A stretch of 64,000 nt of DNA from contig CAVNZM010000001.1 in NCBI GenBank assembly GCA_963693365.1, forward strand, positions 16,363,840 to 16,427,839. The letters run 5' to 3'. Numbering within the stretch: the stretch's first letter is position 1; every line of letters begins with the position of its first letter. Positions 12,086-26,636 of this stretch are shown here, one piece after another. The stretch comes from Amoebidium appalachense. Taxonomy: Eukaryota; Protista; Ichthyosporea. The notes under the pieces were generated by a model. The model saw nothing but the letters and a program-made list of their open reading frames with translations, was not told where the DNA came from and ran no database searches. The translations under genes were made by a program, and so were the position numbers.

Positions 12086-15000
12086 ATGGCTAGCTTGACA
12101 AAGCCTTACGGGGCATATTCTAAGCCAGGCGCACGCAGATGTATGGCTAGCGCCTCTCTGAAGAGGACTCTAGCTCGGCTCCTGTTCCTAGCTACGGCCG
12201 CCTTTATTCTCTCTTTATTCGCTAGGTACTCGAGAAATACACCTTCTATTATACTAACAGCCACAAGTACAACCTTTAACGTGAACGATATCGATTTCGG
12301 GTGGCAACATGGAAATCTTGGAAAGGTCCGTGGAATGCACGAGGTCGAGGATCCTGCACCTGCAATCCGAGTCGACGAAAAAAGTTATGAAAGCGAGCAT
12401 GAAGCTGGTGTGTGGTCCTTCAACCTACTGCCCAGACAAGTCAAAACACGCGCGCTAAAAGTGGCTCCAGACACTTCCAGCTATAGTGACAAAAGCACCA
12501 GTTTGTCGAGGTTCCTGGATACCCGTCTTGGTGCTGGAAAATGGGGCGTGTATGTTCTCAACATGGATAATCGGATCGACAGATTCAAGGTATATTAGTA
12601 AACCTAACCCATGCACTATATGAGATCCTTAGAATTGAACACAGTTGCCTCTTTGCCTGCCATGTGGGCTCATACACCCCTTTTAACTCGGTTAAGTATG
12701 CACAATGCGATGGGAGGGGGTTCAAACTGCCACGACCCATAATTGTAACAGCCTAAATTGACGCTCCGACCAGCTTGTTACTAAATGCTGCAAATGCCAC
12801 GGTAAATGGCTCTTTACTTAGGGTTGTGTTCATATTAGGTGACAGCAAGCCGACTGGCGGCAGCCGGATTTCCCTGTGTGCAACGCTTCAGCGCAGTGGA
12901 TGCACGGCTGGCAGGCTACCAGACCATCCCTCTCTCCACTAGCCCAGTTCCTCTGAGACGTGGGGAGCAGGGCTACACAGAGAGCATGAGCCTCCTGCTC
13001 CAGACCGCACGAAGTGATGGATACAGGTGTGTATTTTGCTTGCCTGGTTACCCAAGCTTTATCCCGACTCATTAGACGGAGCACGTCACAGTGTCGAATG
13101 GTTAAGTAGCAGAACTGTAGACAAACCGTGTGTGTGTGTGTGTGTGTGCATGTCAGTGTGTGTGTGTGTGTTGTGTGTGTGTTTGTGTGTTTGTAACATC
13201 ATTGTGTTGTGCGTGTGTGTGTGCTTTTGTGGTTGTGTTTGTGTTTGTGTTTGTGTGTTTTTTGATAGAAAGAGGAGGGAAGGGGGGAGGGAGGGGGGCA
13301 GGAGGATACATGTGAGCTGGCTTTATAAGCTTTGAGGCCACTGGGCTCAGCGGGAAACTTGACTCAAGCATCAGGGGTGGCCGTGAGTATTCTTGTATTA
13401 GCAACTAGTAAGTGTATACGCATGCCTTTCACGGTGCCACTGGTAGGCAATAGTGGTGAGGCCAGGGTCGGGTGCCGCGGTACATTATTTAAGGGTGCCA
13501 CGTACAATCCGATGGCATTTAAGAAACGGGGAGCTCTGGGGCCACAGCTTATGCATATTACTAAACTCTGTCTTTGTGCCTCAAAATTTTCTGCATACCC
13601 TTGTTGGCTTCAAACAAGGCTGGTTAACTTAGTACATAGGCCCTGGCTTAGCTGTGGGGAGCTCCGAGGGATGTACCGTGTAACAGGGCAAACGGAGGAG
13701 GAACTTCCCCCCCCCCCCCCCCCCCCCAGTGCTTCTATTAGTAACCATTTATGTGTGTTAGGTGGGTGTTCACGTTTGACGACGACATCCTCCCGCACGT
13801 GGACACGGAGGCACAGCTGCGCAGATTTCTTTCGACGCCCAAATGCTTCGACTCAGTCGGCGGCGTGTACATGCTCGGCGCAAGCCAGTGGGGGGAGCCC
13901 GCGGAAAACAAGCGAGACCTCGAATACATTCGTCAATCCGATGTGTGCTATAAGCCCACACCTTTTACTTTCGGTTCATTTGCAGTGCTTTATGATCTCG
14001 ACGCGGCGGCAGACGAGATAATTAATTGGCTGGATGAAAACCCATTGGAGCGGTACGACCACATGTGGTACAACCTGAGTCGGTGGGTACCTGTTGCCAT
14101 CGTGTATCCGAACATTTTTATCGCCGACTGTACTGAAAGCACCATCAAGACGTCTGGAAAGGACCAGTACCAAAAAATGGAAACACGAGCGGTTCTAATG
14201 GGCTGGAATTTGGCAGACTACGATTCACAATATTACCTAATTCCCCGGGAAGTAGAGTCTCAGAAAAGTTCCAACATAACGACTGTAGACTCTGAGATGG
14301 TGCAAAACCCCTTGCTGGCAAGTATCACTCAAGCTACGTCTCCCCACCACGCGGACAAAACATGCGGCACCGGTCTTGCGAGTGTACTCCGAAAACGAAC
14401 CGACTATCGCACGTACGACGTTGTGAACAAGGTGACGCTGGGGATCAAAGCCTTCATGCGCCAGGGTTGTGTTCTGCGGCTGATCGACACGGCATGGATG
14501 CTCTATCCGGGCATTAACATCATCGTCGTGGATGACAGCCAAGGCCCCATTAGCTACCCGCCAACGCCAAATCTTACCGTAGTGCAAATGCCGTACGACT
14601 CCGGTGTCGCAGCGGGTCGAAACGAGATATTGAAGCACACCAAGACCCCTTATTTGCTTATGTCCGACGACGACTATCTATTTATCGAGCCTAAGGACGG
14701 TGTGTATGCGGGGACTGACCTAAGCCCCATGTTGGAGGCGCTGGAAAACAACGTCGCCGACATTGCGGGCGGTGTTCGCATAGATAGCACACGAGCTGTC
14801 GATGTGAAGCAACATGCGCCCGGGGGGTCTATGTTAATTGACCAGGACGCAAAATTGCTAGAGGTGGGTTTCGATGAGGAAAAATCGGCCTCACAGTTGG
14901 GAACTGTTCTGGGGGCCCCCCGATGTGCACCGGTAGAGTTTGTAGAACAATTTATGATGATGAGGGTGAGTGCTCTGCGGGATGATGATGGAAACATAGA

Positions 15001-15418
15001 CGCATGGGATAGTTACTTGAAAAATAACGATCACTTTGATTTTTTTCTTAGGCAGAAAGTTAGGGGCCTTAGAGTGTTCGGCTGCCCAACTGTCCATGTG
15101 TTACACGAAAAGGGGGCTGGTGTGTGCCCCCTCCCAGATGAGTATCTTACATTTCGCTCTAGATGGGACCAATTTCTACCCTACTATATGAGCAAATGGG
15201 GGGTACAGGCTATAGTTGATTTGAATCACAGAAAACGTATGCATGTTGTGTTGAGAGCTGACGGTGGGTGCCAAAATGAGCATTTATGGTTTGGAGATGA
15301 TAGTTTTAGGACGATTAACACAACCCGGGAAGGTCAGGCTCATGCTAGGCAAGTAGCCAAAAAAGTAGCTGTTGCCGAACTTCCAGAACATGTATGTGCT
15401 CTGTACTATACCAAGTAG
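12086..15418 (+). CDS. Type II membrane glycosyltransferase with fused GT25-like and GT2/B4GALNT-like domains (~782 aa, 3 exons)
   Basis: Exons 12086-12589 (aag|gtatat), 12839-13026 (attag|...ag|gtgtgt) and 13762-15418, all in phase. N-terminal TM LLFLATAAFILSLFA. GT25 motifs VYVLNMDNRIDR, RFSAVD, RGEQGY..S, VFTFDDD. GT-A motifs VTLGIKAFMR, IIVVDDS, GVAAGRN, TPYLLMSDDDYLF. Confidence 0.88.
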
Positions 15419-15986
15419 ACCCCGTTTTTTTTGTTTTTTTGTTTTTTTTTTTATGCATAAATCGCTTCGGCCTATCGTTGAATGGGGAGTGTGATAATCA
15501 TTAGATAGTTATAGTGTAGCGCCATTTAGGCCTAGGCATGCACAGGCTACTGGGAAAGCCTTGCTATCGAGTCATATCGAGACTTGTAACGTCAATTCAT
15601 TAACTGTACATATCATGAGCTACCCCCAGTTAGTATTGGCCGTGGGAGAAGCCTCGCATTATTATCTTAAATGAACAACAGCTAACATTATTCAAGTGAA
15701 TCCACTTAAGATAAATCAGAAAAAATGACCTGCTGACATGTTGGCAGCAAGACAAATACCTAATGAGATTGCTCAAGCTGAATAACTTAATAATTCAATC
15801 CTAACTAATAAAAAAGCAAGAGCTAAGTACTTAATAAGAGCGATGTGTTGGTTTAAGGGTCACGTATGTACGATGCAAATTTTTAATCACCTTATGGTAT
15901 AAATTTATTTGCAGGGATATCATTAGTGAGAGGATGTTCAAAACATCGATACACATGTACCGTGTGCGAGTCAGCGTCAGAAACTA

Positions 15987-16044
<58 letters not shown>

Positions 16045-16352
16045 AAAAAAAAAAAAAAAAAGGAAAAGAAAAAAAGGAAAAGGAAAAAAGAAAAGAAAAA
16101 AAGAAACAAACAATTCTCACCTTGGCCTCACTGACGGAATAAATCGACATTGTTGAAAAAGAGGACACCGGTTGTATTTAAGTTTTGTTGTTCTCCCTCC
16201 CCCCCCCCCCCCCCTTTTTTTTTTTTTTTTTAAGTAGTGTGGTTGGGGGAGGAAGGAGAGGTGGGGGGGGGGGAGGGGGGGGGAGGACTTTGCGGCATGG
16301 TAGTCGCAAAGGACACAACATACAACATGTGTTTAATGAAGGCAAGTTAGAA

Positions 16353-16405
<53 letters not shown>

Positions 16406-16702
16406 GGAGGGGATCCGGAGTAGGGACGGGGAGGGGCCCCGGGGGCTGGGGTACCTTAAATATAATATCAAGTTGCTGAAGGGAAGGGGGGAGGACCGAC
16501 AGCCCTCCGATTCTTTGAGTTAGCTGGAGCTGAGAAGAGAGGAGGGAGGGGGGGGGGGGAGGGGGGGTTGAAGGAGGGCCGGGGAGGAAGGCCCCGGGGG
16601 CCGAAAACCCGGGGGGGGGGGGGGGGGGGGGGGGATCCCCTTCCTCAGGATCATTATAGTATGACTGTATATCTGATGACTGATCTCAGTAGTTATATAG
16701 TA

Positions 16703-16744
<42 letters not shown>

Positions 16745-16881
16745 TGTATATATATAATGAGACGTGGGACATTTGCCACTGGTACCGGTGCACGGCTTAT
16801 AATTTACTTCAAAAGGTCTGAAAACGATGACCTGGATAAGCCTGAGGCTATACACTACAGGCATCCCCCTCACCCCCCTCA

Positions 16882-16912
<31 letters not shown>

Positions 16913-17100
16913 CTCCCCTCCCTCCCCTAGAAGCTTCCCGCCCCTCTTCCCTCCCTCCCCCCCAGGCCTCCCCCTCCTTCCCCTCCCCCTTCATCAGACC
17001 CCCGGGCCCGGTATCAAGGCTTGCTATCTATGGCCAATGAGGTGTCTCACAGTGTGGCTTTTATGCTCCGAGTCACGCGTCCCCCCCTCCCCTCCCCCCC

Positions 17101-17163
<63 letters not shown>

Positions 17164-17467
17164 CCCCCTCCCCCCCCCCCCTTTCCCCTGTCTGGCAATA
17201 AATCGATATCTATCTCAATACTGAACCCCGAGTCGATCGTCCCTCGACCCTTTAAAATTTCTTAAGGAAGTACTAGTTGACATGGGATTACGAGCACCTC
17301 CTTTAGCCGTTTGATAAACATGCCAACCCGGCGACTCCAGAAAACTACTGCATATGTACATGTATCACCACTACACCAAGCTGGAATGTGCAAGAACACA
17401 AGTTCTTGTCACATCTGCACGCACGCACACACACGTGACACACACACACGCACGCGCACACACACAC

Positions 17468-17768
17468 AAGGCACTTTAACGAATTTTTTGAGGCAAATTT
17501 ACATTTACTAAGTAAAATTGTATAACGTTATGCAGGTTTGAGCATATTAACCTTATGCACGTTTCAAAAAATTAAAAATGTAATAACTTGCAATTGGCAA
17601 CCGTTCAACCAAAATGCACCAAGTTTTCACAGTTAGTGTGTTGTTACACCCCCTGCACACGTACACTGAGATACCAGCAAAACAGTTTGATCTGCTCAAG
17701 CGATCACGAAAAAACATGAAAAAACTTTTAAAAAACTTTAGGTCAATTTTTTTCGGTAAAATCCCTTA
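17468..17768. mobile_element. Probable non-autonomous DNA transposon inserted in a (CA)n tract
   Basis: AT-rich ~300-bp block with imperfect terminal inverted repeats (aaggcactttaacgaa vs reverse complement aagggattttaccgaa), bounded by CA repeats. Confidence 0.4.
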
Positions 17769-17778
17769 CACACACACA

Positions 17779-17895
<117 letters not shown>

Positions 17896-18010
17896 ACACA
17901 CACACACACGTCTTCACGAGATAATAATAAAGTGAAGGCGTTGGCCATGCATGTGGAGCGAAAGGTGGCAACCGTTCAGTGTTTGGGGGGCAGGGGGAGG
18001 CCCGCGGGAG

Positions 18011-18061
<51 letters not shown>

Positions 18062-19057
18062 TTCATCTCGGCTCTCGCGATCGGGCCGTTCAATTTCAAT
18101 TGACTCCTTCCCATGGTACGTACAGCCTCAGTGTACGTACCTCGTACGTACCGTATGCCATCTTTTTTTATCATGTACAAGTGGGCCGGCCGCTGGGCGT
18201 GCACGTGTGGTGGATGGATGAGGTGCTGGGTCACCAAGGCCAACAGTACATCCACCCAACAAGATTCATATGTAAAAAACGAAGTTACAGGTTGTACGGA
18301 TGTGGATATATAGATATTTCATTCTCTTTTTTTTTAATGCATCTTGAACATTACCGTCAAGTGAGGCCGGGCCCCTGACGATGTCCGAAGCAATCATTGT
18401 GACCCCTCGGCTCGAAAAATTGCGCTAAAAAAATGCGCCGTTAAAAAAATGCGCTGTTGAGCTGTCCACCACTAAAATCATCGACTGGCACAAAATACCA
18501 TAAATTCGGAGCCAATCCGCATCGACCAGCCCCGTTCTTTGTTGGTAGGTGGCCCTGGATTTTTGATTCATCTTATAGCCACAAGCAGCCTAACTGATTG
18601 GTGCCCCGCACCGTGCCGGGAACTCTGGCTGGCGTCCTACAACGCTGCGCGCTTACCTGCAAAAACACGTGTGTGTAACTTCTAGAAGTACAACTCTAGA
18701 GCTTGAAAAAAGTCCGGATACTCGGCCAAGTTCCAACTTCCCCCCCCCCCCCCCCCCCCCTCCCTCCTGCTCCTCCCCCCTCCTCCGAAAAAGGCTTTTG
18801 TCTCTCTTCCCCCCTCCCCCCCCTTCCCTCTTCCCCTCTCCCCGCTTCCCTGCCACACGCATTTAAAATTCCGCTCTGCGCGCGTGCTCTGGCCATTATA
18901 TACTTCAAGACTAGAGGCCGCGAGGGTGTGGCATTGTTGTACATGATGTTGTCGTTATAATAGAGACGTCGACATATTCATCATATTAATGTTACCGCAC
19001 ACTAACTGTATTTTGTCATGATACACGCACACGCATACGGCGTATACACACACACGG

Positions 19058-19368
<311 letters not shown>

Positions 19369-20227
19369 TTCGTAGTGCACGAGAACCGTTACCGGGGGGG
19401 GGAAGGGGGGGGTGGGGGGGGAATCCGATCAACATATGCATTGATTTAATGATAGTCTCGAAGTTCAGTATCATGATGCACACAAGCTCAGGCATCCAAA
19501 CATGGCTCGGTATAAGTACGGAAAAGAGTCGAGGAAGTGACTTGGGCATTTTTTTTTCAAAAAAACGTGACTCGGATCAAAAGGTAATGGACAGCGCCAC
19601 ATAGGATATCTTGACTTGACATAGTTAATGGCGTAATGCAACACTGTTCTAACTCGGTCTGCCATGTCTGCCTGACGAACTCAGTCTAGAACGTAGGTAT
19701 ATATATACTATATAGGTCCCGTGGCCGGCTGGTACGTACCCACCACCGTGGCAAATAAAAAGGTCCAAATGAAAACTATTACACTGTCCCTCGAAGGTAT
19801 TCCTAGCCTGTCGGTATATGCAAAGCGGTGTGGCGTGGTGTGTGTCTGTGTCCAGTATATGTGTGTGTGTGTGTGTTTGGGGGGGGGGGGGGGGGGAGGG
19901 GAGGGGAAGGAGGGGGGGGGGGGGGGAGGATGTTTTCTTTCTCTCTCTCTCTCTCTTTTTCAAAAAAAAATTTGGGGGGGGGGGGGGGGGGGGGGAGCTG
20001 GAGGGGAGGGGGGGGGGGGGGGGGGTTATCGTTTTATTTAAATGAACTGCTGTCCGGACCATTCTAATATGTGTGTACCGTAAGGGATTTGTTAATTTGA
20101 AATAGGAGGGTGTGAGTAGTAAATATCGACGCCGGCCCCCAGGTGGTACCTCCCTAGGCTCCTCTCCCCTCCGGCTAAATTCCGATGGATGAGGGGGGGA
20201 CCCTTCCCCTCCGGGGAGTGGGTGTGT

Positions 20228-20270
<43 letters not shown>

Positions 20271-20569
20271 CTCCCTCCCAAGGTAGTCGCGGGGGGCCCC
20301 TTTGGGGGCCTGAGGGCCCCCTACCTCCCCCCGCCACCTCCCCTCCCCCTCTCCCCCCCTGCGCGTTCCATGGCCAGAGTCTGTTTTCCACTCACCAAAG
20401 GTTGCATTCGTTACTTTTTTTATTTTTTGGGAGCCTCAGGAACTGCTTTCATTATAGTTGGTCGCTGATACGTATCCCCCCCCCCCCCCCCCCCCCCTCC
20501 CCCCCCCCCCCCCAAAAAAAAAACAAAAGCAAAATACACACACACGTGTGCGCACTACACAGACACACG

Positions 20570-20692
<123 letters not shown>

Positions 20693-20747
20693 ACGCACCC
20701 AGGCGCACACGCACGTGTACGCCCATCCACCTGCCCACCCACCCACC

Positions 20748-20782
<35 letters not shown>

Positions 20783-21104
20783 GTGGCACACACACACACA
20801 CACACACTCCTATGTGCTCATGCTCTTCTTCTGCCAGATGCATACCGTGATGTCCCAGTGTTCTTTGCAAGGTGTTGTTCGTGGCATTTAATGAGTACTA
20901 CCAATGCGGCTCAGAACATTTTCTAGCGACTCCCCCCCCCCCCCCCCCCCCCCCCCTCCCCCCCAGCCCCTCCTGCCTGCCCCTCTCAAATCCTCCCCCC
21001 TTCCCCCCTTCCCCCCCCCCCCCCCCTCCTGAATCACCTTGCTCATTTAGACATCTGATATTGATGCACGCGCACACGTGCATGCACGTGCGTGTGCGCA
21101 CATA

Positions 21105-21160
<56 letters not shown>

Positions 21161-21216
21161 GTGCACACACACACACACATACACACTCAAACACACACAT
21201 ACACACACACACACAT

Positions 21217-21299
<83 letters not shown>

Positions 21300-21871
21300 G
21301 CGGCCAACTTTTTTAAATTATGAATTGTTGGCGGCAAGATTATCATGCTTAGTGTGCTGCAGTGTTCATGTGCACGTGCACATCTGTATGGTGGGGAATG
21401 TCACGGTACACTGCAGCTGCGTGGTGTGCATGTCGGTGTAAGTGTCTGCATGTTCATGCGCATGTCAGGTGCTCATCGCTGGTCAAAGATTGTGCACCTC
21501 GTGTGTGTGTTTGGTACATGCGTGTGCAGGTACGTGTCGATTCAAGTGTGAAAGTGTGCGTGTGTGTGTGCGCGCGGTGGGGCGACAGGAGACGAGTGCG
21601 AGGAAGGGGGGGGGGGGGGGGGGGAGGGACGGGGGGAGGCTTGGAGAGGGGAGGGGGGGGGGGGGGGGGGGGGGGGGATGACTGTACGGCTATAGCCCGA
21701 GTTTCAGGTGATCAAGGAGTCCAGGACCTATTAGTTAGCCTCAATGTTAACGCTTTGCCTATGTGTGTAAACCGCTGCTAAACAAGAGGAGAAGGTGGGT
21801 GGTGGGTCCTCCCCTCCGGGTACCGAGACCCCCTCCCCCCTCCCTCCCTCCCCCTACCCCCTCCCCCCCCT

Positions 21872-21899
<28 letters not shown>

Positions 21900-21903
<4 letters not shown>

Positions 21904-22363
21904 CCAAAAGTTACTAATCCCCTCGCCCCCGGGTAAAAAGGAAAAAGCTAAAATACTAACAACTTCAATAGAAAAAAGCCATTTTGTGTGAAGCCAATTC
22001 ATGACTAATAGGCTTAAAGTTTAGTCACAAGTTCTGAATGAGGAAGAGATAGGGTTGCGTGTGTGTTCCACGGTGTGGGAGGCGTGGGGTGGGGTGGGGA
22101 GGAGGAGGGGGGGGGGGGGGGGGGGGGGGGAAGGGTCACAGGAAACTTTTGCATCAAACGATTTTGATGAAAAGCCTTCAAAGCTGCAGCGACGGTTGAG
22201 CGATCGATCAGTGAAGCTCTGGTTTCTGAATACTGCAGGCCCACATGTGCAACTTAGTCTCAGTACAAAAAATCTCCTCCTGGACTGACCTAAGGCAGAA
22301 TATCATCACAGGCCCCCCTCCTCAAGCCTTGTTGACTAACGGTCTCTCACTCCCCCCACCACC

Positions 22364-22399
<36 letters not shown>

Positions 22400-22969
22400 A
22401 CTCCACCACCTTCTTCCCCACGGGCCCAGGCCCCCCTTCAACGGGGAAACGGTTATGGGGAACTCCAAATACTAGTCGGCTTTTGTTGGCTGCGTAAAAC
22501 ATATTGAAAAGAGGATAAGAACCAATCGAAAAACGCAATGTATGAGACTCCGGTCAATTCCATAACCTTCACATTAATTAGCCTACAGCCTTATATCTTA
22601 TGTAGAGTGGCTGAAAAACTAAGTACTACCTGTGAACCCTCCGCGATTCACGGTTACACAATTATCTATTTACAATGATGGGGGCATCAAGTGCAAAACG
22701 AGTCACCCCGTGATTATCATAGACTTCATCCTGTAGAAGGGTGGAAGGGAGAATGGGGGACGGAAAGGGGGGGAGGGGGGAGGGGCCGGAGAGAGGGCCG
22801 GAGCGGGGAGGGGGAGGAGGGGGTGAGGGGGGGTAAATGAAGGAAAGCATGCGCAGAGGCAGCATGACTACTCATGAACAAGTTTGAAAAACGGACAAGG
22901 GAGAATACTATGCAGTGTGTGGTTGTGTGGTTCACTGTATATATCCGTGAAGGTGTACCTTAGTGCCTC

Positions 22970-23008
<39 letters not shown>

Positions 23009-23358
23009 TGCCCCTCCCTATTTTTTTCCTGGGGGGAGCGGGGGCGGGCGCCGGGATAGAGGGGGAGGTTCAAGGGCTCGGAGACTCGAATATCACGGTG
23101 GCCTAAATATCATTCGTAGTTACACCATCCTTTGCGACATCAATGTCGCAATGCCATACATGAGGATAAACTATAGGCATGTGAGAGTTATTGCCAGTGT
23201 CAAACTTAAGGGGGGGGGGGGGGGGGGGGGGGGGAAGGGGGGTGTTGAATAAGAATGATCATGAAGTAGGATGATCAGTAGACACTGTCAAATGATGAGC
23301 TTGGAAGAAGAAGGGACGGGTCCAGTGAGAGCGGAGGAGGAAGAGGAGGGGGCGAGGG

Positions 23359-23398
<40 letters not shown>

Positions 23399-23600
23399 AC
23401 GGGATCCATAGATCTGGGCCATATATATCAAAGTGCTCTTCCATATATAGTCTAGCAGTGTGTGTTATAGCTTGCGCACCTGACTGCAGCCTTAGCACAA
23501 ATACCTTCAATACATAGTACATAAATGACGGCTGCTCCTGTAAGGGGCCCCAAGCTTAAGGGGTTTCCTCCCAGTGCAAAACGGATGGGGAAGGCTTAAA
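21900..23600 (-). pseudogene. Possible highly decayed non-LTR reverse transcriptase remnant broken by poly-C/G runs
   Basis: Weak RT-like fragments in plausible order on the minus strand (APYRSS.../YVLKVF, VSTDH, FALD, ILP*V..DFLY) with many stops and frameshifts. Confidence 0.25.
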
Positions 23601-24465
23601 AAAAAAGAAAACGAAAAAAAAACGATACAGACTATAGGACATGCACCGTGGGGCCTGAACTTGATACAAACCCTGTTTCTTGTATTTCCATAATGATGGG
23701 GAAAAAAATAGTAAATGAAAATGCTTGTAACAGTTGTTCGTTTATGACACCTGGTGTAACCATTGTCGACAATGTTACCTCCATGCATAGGGCGTCCGTT
23801 ATCAGCCCCTTTTTAACGGAAACACACACAGAACACACCATGACATGCACATACATTTACAAGTGCACCCACACCCACATCACACATACGTGCACGTGAG
23901 GACCCCCCCCCCCCCCCCCCCCCCCCCCTCCCCCCCTCGCCCCCCGGGGGATCCCGTTCAATTTCCCCCGGCACGTGAGTGTCAGTCAATGTTACACGAA
24001 TGATGTTGAACACTCTGTGGGTCCTCTTTGGTCATATAACTTTATACCGCGATTAAAATTATTAAGACCAATTATTGATGAAAAGGTTGCCTATTCTAAA
24101 GCTAAAGCGAAGAATCCAAAACTAAGCACAGACCCATTGAAAAAAATTCTTGAATATACTGAGAGTAACCGATATTCTGTTCGAGTCACAGTGATCAGAG
24201 CCCAGCCCAACCCGTTCAGTTGTTTGGAAGGACTGTCACTCTAATCCACAGTCACTCGTAAACATCAAATTCAGTTTTTGTTTACACCCCGTTACAGCAT
24301 ACGTGCTCATGTGTTCCTCCGGCATTAGCCGTCTGGTGCAGCTGTTTGTGTGTGTGTGTGTGCGCGCGCGCAAGCGTGTGTGTGTGTGCCAGGATGTATG
24401 AGTGTATATGTGTGTGTGTGTCTGCGCGTGCAGACACGTGCCTCTCTCTCTCTCTCTCTCTCTCT

Positions 24466-24496
<31 letters not shown>

Positions 24497-24659
24497 TCTC
24501 TCTGTGTGTGCGTATGTATGTATGTATGTGTGTGTGTGCGTGTACAGTATCTGTGTGTGTATGCTTTGCTTCAATGTTTGTTCCACAAACTTTGAACTCG
24601 GACACGTAAACTTGCCAGATATCTTTCCCCTTCTTGCGAAACTAGGCTATCGTCCTCGA

Positions 24660-25356
24660 TCACGGCCACTCATACATCCGATTAACCAGATCTTGCATTA
24701 GTTCATGTGCAAGCAGCATGGGCATGTCGTTCCACTTTCGGGCATAGAAGGGTTTTGGAAAGAAGTGCATGGCGTCAAAATATCTATCGGCCCTAGTGGC
24801 CGTCATTTGGTGTATATCCCAAACCTCATATCCCGCCTCCAAAAACATTTTACGGCCAATCTGTGCCCTCCTCCACTGATGATATTCCGACCGATGAGGA
24901 AATCCCATTATGAAATTCCGTACATTTGCAGCTGGCAGAGTAAGGTAGATTATCCTCTTGCCTTGAAATTTTGATTTAAGATTGCTGATTATCCGCCTGA
25001 TGGAATGGGTATATCTCGTTTCCGAGAAACTAAAGAACATATCGTGGACTCCACCGTCCTGCAATATGATGACGTCATGTTGTGCGTGAGGAGGTGCGGC
25101 GCTTAAAATGTCGAGTTTTTCAAACCAAGTTCCCTTGAGCTTCCTGTAGTTAGCATATGTTGCCATCACAGTACCCGGGATTTCAGGACAGGGTAATTGC
25201 TCAAAGTGGTCCGAGGTGCCATATGATTGGAAGAGCTCGACGGTCATGTTGTGCGCCGTGTATGATTCGTAGTACGGGGAGACGGTTTTCCCGTGGTAGG
25301 TTGTCTCTTTGCGCGTCGTTAGGTTGGTGGCTAGGTCCTGTCACAGTGTGTGTGTA

Positions 25357-25409
<53 letters not shown>

Positions 25410-25601
25410 ATGGGCATGTGTCTGTGTGCGTGCGTGTGCGTGCGTGTGTGTGGGGCGCAAGAAGAGGGATGGAGGGGGGCGGGGGGGGGGGGGGGGGGGA
25501 GGAGGAGGGGGGAGGGTGGGTTAGGAAACATTAATTAGGTTGGTGTTCTGAGCTGATCATGAGATGCGTGTTTTCAGTTTGGCCTCTCTTTCGAGCACAA
25601 T

Positions 25602-25649
<48 letters not shown>

Positions 25650-25859
25650 ATCGACAACGGTGTCAGGTGGAGCCACAAGGCCGTTTGCAACCTTCAGAGT
25701 ATCGCTGCATTTAGAGGAAGTCTTCTTTTTATCACGAGTTTAGAGTCAACCTTCCGTCCACACATGCGGTGTTGCAGGGGCAGCTGATCACGTACCTCTT
25801 CAGGACTTGAAAAACGTAGTTGTGTAGGTGTACCAAAACGTCATCCTGTACCCCTCCCC

Positions 25860-25896
<37 letters not shown>

Positions 25897-26604
25897 CCAC
25901 CCCCCACAAAAAAAAGAATAACCCCCTCCCCCCCCCCCCCCCCTCTTTCCCGCTCATAAACACACCCGCCCAACAAGGGGCATCCCTTCACAGCACTTTA
26001 ATACCATATATAATATAATATAATATAATATATACCATATATAATATTTAAAGCGGTAAGATCAAACCCGTACCTCGTCATTGAGCAATATCCCAGTGGT
26101 CGGGTCAGGCCTCACACCGTGCAGATACTGCACCATGGACAGCCACAGGTTGTACGACCGGCTGTCCCCCAAGATTACAATACGGCTCTGCCCGGCCCCC
26201 ACCGCTTTTCGCGCAAAATCATCGGGGGAAATGTATTTGAGTGAGCAGCCAAAAGGCACCCACACAGATGCGTCAGTCACCCGCATACCCTCGTCACCCA
26301 AACGGCACCCCTCCGTGCTGATATTTCGGGTCGGTTCGTTGGTTCGGCTCGGAAAACAAACGGTCTGGGCCACCCATCGGCCCGCCGAGGGGCCTGCCAT
26401 GGTGCAGGGGGGCAGGTGGAATGTCGACAGTGGGTGGGGGGTGACGGTGACTGTGGCATTTGGGAATACGATCTGAAGGGTTTCACAGTGTTTTTATTCA
26501 GGTTATTCATTTATGAGTATCCGATCATTGTACTGTTGAAGTTTTTGACAGTCTAACTCAGTCAACTTGAATCCTCCCTCTACCCCCCCCCCCCCCCCCC
26601 CAAA

Positions 26605-26636
<32 letters not shown>

